Shown: positions 18,187-25,910 of the stretch, in pieces | Numbering within the stretch: position 1 is the stretch's first letter | How the letters are laid out: every line of letters begins with the position of its first letter | NCBI GenBank assembly: GCA_024640845.1 | Contig: JAHEEE010000145.1 | Span: forward strand, 456 to 64,455 | DNA from: Myxococcales bacterium | GTDB lineage: Bacteria; Myxococcota_A; Polyangia; Polyangiales; Houyiibacteriaceae | Direction: 5' to 3' | Length of the DNA: 64,000 nucleotides | Position numbers and translations under genes: made by a program | The notes under the pieces: model-generated | The model's database searches: none | Seen by the model: the letters and a program-made list of their open reading frames with translations, nothing else | What the model was told of the DNA's origin: nothing

Positions 18187-19449
18187 CTAGTTGATCCGGA
18201 TCTCGGTCATCATTCCGCCGAAGTTTTCGGCGTCGTTTGCCAACTGGTGGAGGTTGGTGGTGTAGAGGAAGTAGGTGCTGCCCGGCGCCAGTCCTGCGGT
18301 GTCGAGGATCACGTCCGCGGACTGACCACCGCCGAGCGTCACCGAGTTGGTTTTGTAATAGAGGTTGTTGCCCCAGTCGTCGCGCAGCAGTCGCGCATCC
18401 AACGCGACCACCTCCATCGGGATCCCGTTCGTGCCCAGTGTGTTGAACTGGGTGACGTTGAGGTTGGAGATGCGGAGCAGAATGCGGTCGCCCGCGTTCG
18501 CCGTGATCAGGCTCGACACCGGTTGCGAGGGTCGGCCATCGGTGGAGAGGACGCCCGCGTTCACGGTGTCCGGGTAGCCACGGCCGTTCAGGAGGAAGTA
18601 GCGGTCCTTCATCCCGGCGAAGGGCAGTGGCTGCACGTTGAAACTGGCGTCGTGGAAGTCGGGGTCGAAGGAGCCGATTTGGATCGGCACTTCGACGTCG
18701 TACCGCGTGGAACCGTCGCCGTCGTTGTAGGCGTACGCGTCGCTCGGAGCGTGACCTACAGGGCAGACACTGCCAGGGACCGCGGGGTCGTCAGCTATGG
18801 TATCGCAGCGGTTCTGCCTCGGCCGCACGTACAGGTTGCCGAGCATCCCCATTTGCATGTGCTCGGTGGCCTCGACGTGGCAGTGGTACATGTACGTACC
18901 GGCGTCCTTGGCGTTGTAGTAGTAGGTGAAACTGGCCCCCATGTTGATCGAAACCGAGGCGTCGGGGACACCGTCGAAGATCGACGCCGCCTGCGGGAAG
19001 CCGTGCCAGTGGATGGTGTGGGGGTCGAACAGATCGGGCCGAAACGCCATCCCGACATTGGTGTTGGTCAGAAAGAGCTCGTCGTCTTCGTCGACCACAA
19101 TCGTCGGAGCCGGACTGTTCGCCGCGAGCATTCCCTGCTCCATGACCCATCCGGGATACTGTTCGGGCGGGACGGGGGCGTCGTCAGGGAGCGCGATCCG
19201 GGCAAAGCTGAAGATGTACTGCTGCTTCTGCGCATCATCGGCCATCGTCACCAGACCGTCGCCTGACGCGACGTGGTCGCACTTGATCCCCGCTTCTCGC
19301 GTCGTGTCGTCGCCGTCGGTGTTCGGGTGCAGGACCGTCTCGGTCGGGCATTGGACGTAGATGTTGCTTTCCTGAGCGCTTGCGGTGGCGGCCACGCACA
19401 GCACGGAGATCACGATGAGCGCCGGCCGGCGCGTGTTTCTCAAGACCAT
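18187..19449 (-). CDS. Two-domain multicopper oxidase with all Cu ligands in domain 1
   Basis: 420 aa. N-terminus ...NTRRPALIVISVLCVAATASA is a possible Tat or Sec signal. HTIHWHG and YHCHVEATEHMQMGM lie in the first cupredoxin domain. The second domain has no His motifs. Confidence 0.9.
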   Translation of the reverse strand: MVLRNTRRPALIVISVLCVAATASAQESNIYVQCPTETVLHPNTDGDDTTREAGIKCDHVASGDGLVTMADDAQKQQYIFSFARIALPDDAPVPPEQYPGWVMEQGMLAANSPAPTIVVDEDDELFLTNTNVGMAFRPDLFDPHTIHWHGFPQAASIFDGVPDASVSINMGASFTYYYNAKDAGTYMYHCHVEATEHMQMGMLGNLYVRPRQNRCDTIADDPAVPGSVCPVGHAPSDAYAYNDGDGSTRYDVEVPIQIGSFDPDFHDASFNVQPLPFAGMKDRYFLLNGRGYPDTVNAGVLSTDGRPSQPVSSLITANAGDRILLRISNLNVTQFNTLGTNGIPMEVVALDARLLRDDWGNNLYYKTNSVTLGGGQSADVILDTAGLAPGSTYFLYTTNLHQLANDAENFGGMMTEIRIN

Positions 19450-19530
19450 GTCACTCGCTCCTTCCCGAAGGAGAGACAGTGCCTGGTTGGCCAGTCTCGC
19501 GTCCCGGCAGGGGTTAAGGAAATCGCGTCA

Positions 19531-19546
19531 GATCTTGTGATCTTGT
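19531..19546. promoter_or_regulatory. Tandem direct repeat GATCTTGT x2 upstream of the MCO operon
   Basis: Perfect 8-bp repeat, 82-97 bp upstream of the MCO start (19449), in the 180-bp gap below the AraC-type gene. Confidence 0.25.
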
Positions 19547-19629
19547 GTACAGGCGGATGCGAAGCTGTGAGCTACCTCACGAGTCGCGGCGGCCCATCGC
19601 CCCTAGGTGATCCCCCGGCAGCAGGCGCT

Positions 19630-20130
19630 CTACAAGGCTGCATCATGAAGCGTCGGTGCGATCTCTTCCCACCGGGGCGGACGTCCTGTGGGGTTCTCAT
19701 GCCAATAGCGGTGCACGATCTTCTTACACTCGTATGGTGTGATTCCCGTGCATTTCTTGAAGGCTCGTTCGAAGGTCCTGAGATCTTTGAAGCCGACGGC
19801 TAACGCCAAGTCGACGATACCATGATCGTGGTTGCTCAGCAGGAGCAGCGCGCGATTGATCCGCTCGCGTGAGAGCCAGTCATGGAAAGAGATACCTACT
19901 TTCTCCCGGAACAACCTGCAGAAGTACGTCTTCTCGAGCGCGACGAGCTTGGCCGCGTCAGCCAGACTGAACGGTTCGTCGAAGTGTTCGTCGACGTGCC
20001 GCTTGATCTTCGCCAAACGCGGGCAGAAGACGAACATGTGCTCGTTGATTGGAGAATCCAGAAGTAGCTGCGCTGCAGACAAAACGGACGACCACCATGT
20101 CCTGAGCCATCCTCTTGGGGGTGGGCCCAC
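19630..20130 (-). CDS. Small AraC-family (MarA/SoxS-like, DNA-binding domain only) transcription factor
   Basis: Double HTH signature (...FSLADAAKLVALEKTYFCRLFREKVGISFHDWL...IVDLALAVGFKDLRTFERAFKK..G.TP). No room for a ligand domain. The start is uncertain: GTG at 20130 or ATG at 20037. Confidence 0.75.
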   Translation of the reverse strand: MGPPPRGWLRTWWSSVLSAAQLLLDSPINEHMFVFCPRLAKIKRHVDEHFDEPFSLADAAKLVALEKTYFCRLFREKVGISFHDWLSRERINRALLLLSNHDHGIVDLALAVGFKDLRTFERAFKKCTGITPYECKKIVHRYWHENPTGRPPRWEEIAPTLHDAAL

Positions 20131-20201
20131 CAGGCGTGGAGAAGCTCACCCGACTTCAAATAGCTGACGCGAAGGTCTTTTTTTTCTTGTTTGGTGTCAA
20201 T

Positions 20202-20217
20202 ACGTAATTGATTACGT
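20202..20217. promoter_or_regulatory. Palindrome ACGTAAT-TG-ATTACGT in an AT-rich divergent intergenic region
   Basis: Perfect 7-bp arms inside the conspicuously AT-rich stretch 20160-20377, between the AraC-type gene and the 8-heme gene. Confidence 0.3.
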
Positions 20218-20377
20218 TATTGTCGACTCGGAGCGATTTTAACTATCTGAATTTCCTTATGACTTCGCGTGTCTTAGGCTTTTTACACGTCTTCGGGGGT
20301 GCGCAGCCCAGCTACCTAAGTTAAGCCTAATGTGCTATTTTCTAAGAGTTCGAGTTTCTCTTATCTGGCGAGTGGCG

Positions 20378-21064
20378 ATGCGACTTATGTGGATCGGGGT
20401 CCTAGGCGCAGTGGTGCTGGCCGCGGCCTGCACGGGCAGCACACAGGACCACGCAAGATTGGAGGTTCGCAGCAGTGATTGCGTCGTGTGTCATGCGGAT
20501 GACGTACAGCACGCGCTCAACCCTCCGCACGAAGGCTTTCCCGACACCTGCGGCAGTTGCCACGGCAACGAGGCTTGGAGCCCGGCGGCGTTCCAGCACA
20601 ACTGGCCTCTCAACGGTGCGCACGCGATGCTCGAATGCGCCGCCTGCCATCTTGGGGACCCACCCGTCTATGCGGGAACGCCTACGTTGTGCGTCGGCTG
20701 CCACCAGGACGACTACGACAGCAGCCCCTTTCCGGGGCACGCCGAGTTTCCAACCACCTGTGAGAACTGCCACACCACGACGGCATGGAGCCCAGCCACG
20801 GGAGGCACCCATCCCGAGAATGCGTTTCCGATCCAAAGTGGGCCGCACTCACGATACCGGGACGACTGCGTCTCGTGTCACAATCCCGAGCTTGGCTCGC
20901 CCGTGGACGGTGAGAATGCTGATTGCGTCGGTTGTCATGATGGACAGCACACACGCGCACAGATGGATCCCAAACACATCGAGGTTGGTGGTTATCCGAG
21001 CGGTGCAGCCCCTCCGAACTTCTGCTTGGATTGCCACGCGGACGGCATCAACCGCGACGACTAA
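20378..21064 (+). CDS. 8-heme c-type cytochrome lipoprotein
   Basis: ATG at 20378 gives MRLMWIGVLGAVVLAAA/C, a lipobox. 8 CXXCH motifs. The C-terminal ~85 aa are homologous to the C-terminus of the 29-heme protein. Confidence 0.85.
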   Translation: MRLMWIGVLGAVVLAAACTGSTQDHARLEVRSSDCVVCHADDVQHALNPPHEGFPDTCGSCHGNEAWSPAAFQHNWPLNGAHAMLECAACHLGDPPVYAGTPTLCVGCHQDDYDSSPFPGHAEFPTTCENCHTTTAWSPATGGTHPENAFPIQSGPHSRYRDDCVSCHNPELGSPVDGENADCVGCHDGQHTRAQMDPKHIEVGGYPSGAAPPNFCLDCHADGINRDD

Positions 21065-22377
21065 GCTTCGCCATACTTGGTGACGATCTCGATGCCGACA
21101 TTCTGAAGCAAGTCGGTCGGAGCCGTACCACCGACTTGGACCACCACAGCGTCGTTGTCGATGGAGATCGGCTCTCGCGACGCGTTCCGAAGCGAGACTC
21201 GATCCTGGAAGATCTCCTCGATCTCGGTTCCCAAAAGCGCCGTCAGCCGGCCGCCCTCGATCTCGGCTTCGATGCGCTTGCGATTCGGTTGACGGCACCT
21301 TGCAAAGGTGTTTTTCCGGTAGCTGATGGTCACCGACGCGCATTTTCCCCCATCGATCAATGCGAACGCGGATTCTACCGCCGCATTGCCACCGCCGACC
21401 ACCAAAACGTGCTGGCCTTGGAATGCCTCCGGCTCGATCACTCGGTAGACCACTTTAGACTGCTCCTCGCCGGGCACGTCGAGCTTGCGCGGAGAGCCAC
21501 GGCGGCCGAGCGCCAACAAAACGTTTGCGGTCTTGAAGACGCCTCCGCTGGATGACACCAGCCAGCTATCATCTGGTCCGCGCTCGATGTGCTGCACGAG
21601 CTCTCCGACCGCGACCTGCAGCCCGGTCTTGTCTCGAATGTCCTCCCAGAGCGTCACCAGTTGCTCTTTGCTCATCTTTCTCTTGGATACGCGGCCGTAC
21701 ATCGGGAAGTCGAGCGCTCCGGTCATCACGACCTTCGCGCGCGGATAGTGCGTGATCGTGCCGCCAAAGGCTTCACGCTCGAGCAGCAGCACACGCAGCC
21801 CCGCCTCCATCAAGCGAAGTGTCGCGCTGGTTCCGGCGGGGCCGGCGCCGACCACGACCGCATCCAGGGACTCGCCTGCGCCCCTGCGATCGCCAGCGAC
21901 GATGTGGTCCGCGGCTTGCCGGCCCTGGGAGACCGCATTGCGAATGAGTCCCATGCCGCCAAGCTCGCCGACGATGTAGATGCCTGGCTGGTTCGTTTGA
22001 AAGTCGGGATCGACTTCGGGCAGCTCGAGACCGCGCTTGGCCGTCCCGAAGACGAGGGAGATGGCCTGGACCGGACAGGCCGATGCACAGGCGCCATGTC
22101 CGATACAACCGAGCGGGTTGGTCAGCACGCCTCTGCCGTTGACCACGGTGAGCACGCTCTTCTCCGGGCAAGCGTAGACGCACGCCCCTGAGCCAATGCA
22201 GCGGAGTGGGTCGATTAGCGGATGAATGCTGGCCGGGACGATGTCGCCCATCGCGCTGAGCGCCTCAAGATCTCGCCGGCCGGTCTCAGTGCGGAGCTGC
22301 TCTCGCTTTTGCAGGAAAAGGCTCAGAATCCACGCAAACGCGACCAAAAAGCCCAGTGCAATCCAGGTGCTGCTCAT
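21061..22377 (-). CDS. Membrane-anchored 2x[4Fe-4S] ferredoxin-domain / FAD-NAD(P) (thioredoxin-reductase-like) oxidoreductase
   Basis: N-terminal TM helix (WIALGFLVAFAWILSLFL). Two cluster motifs: CIGSGACVYACP and CIGHGACASACP. Dinucleotide folds VVVGAGPAG and LVVGGGNAA. Start taken at the ATG at 22377 (the ORF runs to 22407). Its stop overlaps the convergent 8-heme stop. Confidence 0.85.
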   Translation of the reverse strand: MSSTWIALGFLVAFAWILSLFLQKREQLRTETGRRDLEALSAMGDIVPASIHPLIDPLRCIGSGACVYACPEKSVLTVVNGRGVLTNPLGCIGHGACASACPVQAISLVFGTAKRGLELPEVDPDFQTNQPGIYIVGELGGMGLIRNAVSQGRQAADHIVAGDRRGAGESLDAVVVGAGPAGTSATLRLMEAGLRVLLLEREAFGGTITHYPRAKVVMTGALDFPMYGRVSKRKMSKEQLVTLWEDIRDKTGLQVAVGELVQHIERGPDDSWLVSSSGGVFKTANVLLALGRRGSPRKLDVPGEEQSKVVYRVIEPEAFQGQHVLVVGGGNAAVESAFALIDGGKCASVTISYRKNTFARCRQPNRKRIEAEIEGGRLTALLGTEIEEIFQDRVSLRNASREPISIDNDAVVVQVGGTAPTDLLQNVGIEIVTKYGEA

Positions 22378-22444
22378 GAGAAGTTGGCCCTTTTGTGTCA
22401 ATCCCACCCATTTTGGTATGCTGCAAGCGTAACATGCAGGGCGG

Positions 22445-23359
22445 GTGGGGACCCGCTTGCTGTGGGGTAGCGTGGGGACAGAGGCGAAGAGCGGTCGTAA
22501 GCGCCGCGCGGATCGGAGCGCCGTCTTGCTGGTGCTGCTGGGGCTTTGCGTCCTCGGCTACATGCTCTGGGATCTCGGCGAGGACTTCTACCTCTCCGAC
22601 CTTCAGTCGAGGGTCGAGCATGGCGACTACGAAGCACTCCGACCGGGAGGTCTCGTCGGACATGGATACGGCATCGTCGGGACGATCCTGATCCTCGCCA
22701 ATCTGCTCTATCTCGCGCGACGCCGCTTCGCTCGGTGGTCGCTCGGCTCGATGGCGACTTGGCTCAACCTGCACGTCTTCACGGGTCTCGTCGGCTCGCT
22801 CCTGATCCTCTTCCATTCCGCCTTTCAGTTTCGGACACCCATCGCGGTGGTTACCGCGATTAGTCTCGGCGTCGTCGTGGCCACCGGGATCGCAGGCCGG
22901 TATCTCTATGCGCTCACGCCGCGTCCTGACCGCCAGGCGCTCGAACAGGCCCTGGCGTCGTTGGACGAGCTAGCACCCGGATGCAGTGCCCGCGTGTATC
23001 ACGCACTGGCGATTCACAAGGTCACCCAGGTCGACACGCACCGCTGGTTGCTCGCCAAGCTCGCGGCGATCCCCAAGTGGGCGCGCGACGCACGCTCGCG
23101 CGGTTTCATCGTCAGCTACGTCATCGAGGATGCTCCCGTTGCGGACATCCTCCAACGCAAGGAGCGAAGACGCTTTCGGAAGGCAAAGCGGGTGGTCCGC
23201 AAGTACGCAACGCGTGAGGTAGTCGCCACCATGGCCTCGTCGCTGCTTCAGTCCTGGCGCGGGCTTCATAGGTTTCTTGCCTTGATTCTCATTCTGTTGG
23301 TCCCCGTCCACATCGCGGTGGCTTGGATCTACGGCTATCGCTGGATCTTCTCGCAATGA
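22445..23359 (+). CDS. Polytopic membrane protein with two H-x13-H helices (putative di-heme cytochrome b / quinol-interacting anchor)
   Basis: About 5 TM helices. HVFTGLVGSLLILFH and HRFLALILILLVPVH each space two His by 13 residues. GTG start. The stop overlaps the next start (ATGA at 23356-23359). Confidence 0.65.
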   Translation: MGTRLLWGSVGTEAKSGRKRRADRSAVLLVLLGLCVLGYMLWDLGEDFYLSDLQSRVEHGDYEALRPGGLVGHGYGIVGTILILANLLYLARRRFARWSLGSMATWLNLHVFTGLVGSLLILFHSAFQFRTPIAVVTAISLGVVVATGIAGRYLYALTPRPDRQALEQALASLDELAPGCSARVYHALAIHKVTQVDTHRWLLAKLAAIPKWARDARSRGFIVSYVIEDAPVADILQRKERRRFRKAKRVVRKYATREVVATMASSLLQSWRGLHRFLALILILLVPVHIAVAWIYGYRWIFSQ

Positions 23360-24996
23360 GCGGACGCGCCACCGCCTCGATCATCATCGGCGTCGCGATG
23401 CTCGCCGCGGTGGCTGCCGGGGCCTTCGTCCCGAGGAGAACGGGCGCCCAGTTTTTATCGCCAGGGAAGCTCAGCAGCGCGCATGCGGAGATCGATGGCG
23501 ACGCCAACTGTAGCGAGTGCCACTCGACCGGGAGACGACTCGATACCGACTCCTGTCTCGGATGTCACGACGATCTTCGTGCTCGCATCCGGCAAGGACA
23601 AGGGCTCCATAGTCGCCCAGACTATCAGCAGAAGGACTGTGGCGGTTGTCACGTCGAGCACCTCGGGAGAAACGCCAAGCTCGTTCGGTGGCCTGGGGGG
23701 AGCGAAGCGCGGTTCGACCACCGAATGTCCGGCTGGCCGCTCCGAGGCGCGCACGCATCGGTTCGCTGCGCGGAGTGTCACGACGTGCCCAATCGTCGAG
23801 GAAACGCGACATATTTGGGGCTGAGTCGCGATTGCGTCTCTTGTCATGAAGATCCTCACGAGGGCACGTTTGCCGGCGCAGAGTGCACATCGTGTCACAA
23901 CGAAACCGACTGGGCTCAGGTCGACAACGTCCGAGCCAACCATCCCGGTCTGAGCCTCGCCGCCGGGCACGCGAAAACCAAGTGCGAGGACTGCCACGAC
24001 CAGGGCAACGTCGCGCCCCCGAGCATGGGATCTTCCTGTGTCTCCTGTCACGCGCAGGTGCATGATGCTGCGTTTGGCGATCGCTGCGAAAACTGCCACG
24101 CCGGCATTCGTTGGTTGGGTCTTCCGCGCAAGATCGGGTTGCAGGCGCACCCGAAAACAGGGTTCCCGCTCGAGGGGCTGCATCGAGACGCTCCGTGTAA
24201 GGGCTGTCATTCGCCCAAACTCTCGCCGGAGCGTCGCTACCGGCAGCTCGAGTTCGATCAATGCAGCGACTGCCATCGCGACGCCCACCGCGGGACCCTA
24301 GGGAAAGTGGATTGTGCAACCTGTCACGACGAGCACGGGTTCTGGCCAACATTGTTTAGCATCGAGCAGCACGGCCGCACGCGATTCCCCTTGGAGGGGA
24401 AGCATCAGGCGGCGCCCTGCACGAGTTGTCATCAGGGCAAACGGCCCCGCGTCAACCTCGAGCTCGCTGCCAAGGCCTGCGTCGATTGCCATGACAATCC
24501 CCACGGAGCGCAGTTCGCCGATGAGATGCGTTCCGGTGGGTGCGCGACTTGCCATTCGGAACGGGGTTGGGAGTCGCCCCGCATCGACCACAGCACATGG
24601 CCGCTCACCGGGGCCCATTCCGAGGCCGCGTGTGACAGCTGTCACACCCCTTCCAAGCAGGATCGACTGAGCGGTCGCGGAGCGACGTATGCGGGGGCGC
24701 CGCGCGAGTGTTCGGGTTGCCATCGCGACGTTCACGCGGGGCAGTTCCGGCTCACTTCGCCGGAACGAGAATGCGACGCCTGTCACATCACCCAGGCGTT
24801 CGAGATCGATGCCTTCGACCATGCGGAGCTCGCGTCGTACCCGCTCGAAGGCGAGCACGCCGACCTCGAGTGCGTTGCCTGTCACAAGAAGGAGCGTCTG
24901 CGGAGCGGCGCGCGCCCGGTGCGATATCGGCTTGGATACAGCGAGTGCGCCGATTGTCACGCGAACCCGCACGCCCGGAGAAAGGGAGCACGATGA
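23356..24996 (+). CDS. 20-heme c-type cytochrome (periplasmic or membrane-tethered)
   Basis: 546 aa from the ATG at 23356, with an N-terminal hydrophobic segment and 20 CXXCH motifs. F.H.....PL.G.H....C..CH repeats of the c7/c3 style. Confidence 0.9.
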   Translation: MSGRATASIIIGVAMLAAVAAGAFVPRRTGAQFLSPGKLSSAHAEIDGDANCSECHSTGRRLDTDSCLGCHDDLRARIRQGQGLHSRPDYQQKDCGGCHVEHLGRNAKLVRWPGGSEARFDHRMSGWPLRGAHASVRCAECHDVPNRRGNATYLGLSRDCVSCHEDPHEGTFAGAECTSCHNETDWAQVDNVRANHPGLSLAAGHAKTKCEDCHDQGNVAPPSMGSSCVSCHAQVHDAAFGDRCENCHAGIRWLGLPRKIGLQAHPKTGFPLEGLHRDAPCKGCHSPKLSPERRYRQLEFDQCSDCHRDAHRGTLGKVDCATCHDEHGFWPTLFSIEQHGRTRFPLEGKHQAAPCTSCHQGKRPRVNLELAAKACVDCHDNPHGAQFADEMRSGGCATCHSERGWESPRIDHSTWPLTGAHSEAACDSCHTPSKQDRLSGRGATYAGAPRECSGCHRDVHAGQFRLTSPERECDACHITQAFEIDAFDHAELASYPLEGEHADLECVACHKKERLRSGARPVRYRLGYSECADCHANPHARRKGAR

Positions 24997-25910
24997 GGCG
25001 TCTCACAGGCATCCTGCTCTGCGTGACCACTCTCGCGGTGGTCACGGCGATGGCGGTCGCCAAGGAGCCCGGCGAGAAGATCGATCGCTCGAGCGCATCC
25101 CGTCACAACTCGATCACATTGGGCATGGATTGCGGAAACTGCCACACCCCAGATGGCTGGCACATGGCCGGAGGGAAGTCCGGGGAGCGCTTCGACCATT
25201 CTAGAACCGGGTTTCCTCTCTCGGGTCGACACGCATCTGCTGCGTGCAACCAATGTCACAGCGGTGAGCGGCGTGTCACTCGCGAATGCGAGAGTTGTCA
25301 TGAGGACCCGCACCAGTCGCGTTTGAACCGCCGATGCTCGAGCTGTCACTCGTCGCGCCGATGGAACGACATGGGGCCGTTCGAGCTCCATCGGCGGACC
25401 CGGTTCCCGCTCACCGGGATGCATGCGCTCGCCGACTGCACCGAGTGTCACATACGCAACAACGAAAGGCAGTGGACTACGATCCAGAGCGACTGCTTTT
25501 CCTGCCATGCGTCCGACTATCTCGATCCGAATGTTCACCCGAGCCACCGCGGGACGGCTACGTCGCCGCCGTTTCCGCAGGACTGTTCGCAGTGCCATGT
25601 CGCAAGCGCATGGAGTCCCGCGTTCATCGATCCCACCAATCTCGCCTCGCCGGCTGCCGCAGCAGTCAGCGCGAAGCTCGGCGGGATGCTCATCCCGGCC
25701 GACCACGACAGGTCCTTCCCGATTTCGCGCGGTCCGCATCGCGGCGCTCCTTGCAATGGCTGCCACACCTCTTCTCGCGCGCCGAGACTCGTTCTGTGCA
25801 CCGGATGCCACGCCCACAACCCCATCAAGCTCCAGACTCAGCACGGACGCCGGGTGTCTAGCAGTGGGGCCGCTTGCCTCGGATGTCACCCAGGAGGGAT
25901 CGCACGATGA
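24993..25910 (+). CDS. 10-heme c-type cytochrome, soluble periplasmic type
   Basis: ATG at 24993 overlaps the upstream stop (ATGA). Cleavable signal with no lipobox (LAVVTAMAVA/KE). 10 CXXCH motifs. Confidence 0.9.
   Translation: MRRLTGILLCVTTLAVVTAMAVAKEPGEKIDRSSASRHNSITLGMDCGNCHTPDGWHMAGGKSGERFDHSRTGFPLSGRHASAACNQCHSGERRVTRECESCHEDPHQSRLNRRCSSCHSSRRWNDMGPFELHRRTRFPLTGMHALADCTECHIRNNERQWTTIQSDCFSCHASDYLDPNVHPSHRGTATSPPFPQDCSQCHVASAWSPAFIDPTNLASPAAAAVSAKLGGMLIPADHDRSFPISRGPHRGAPCNGCHTSSRAPRLVLCTGCHAHNPIKLQTQHGRRVSSSGAACLGCHPGGIAR

Noticed and set aside
22378-22444. Possible sigma-54 (GG-N10-GC) element TGGTATGCTGCAAGC, and a CRP-like TGTGT, in the divergent gap.
   Set aside because: Only the minimal GG/GC dinucleotides match. 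The flanking consensus (TGGCAC / TTGCA) is poor, and no enhancer-binding protein gene is nearby.
25199-25215. Additional TAGAAC sequence considered as a third KstR-type box.
   Set aside because: It fails the GTT half of the pattern and lies inside the 10-heme coding sequence.
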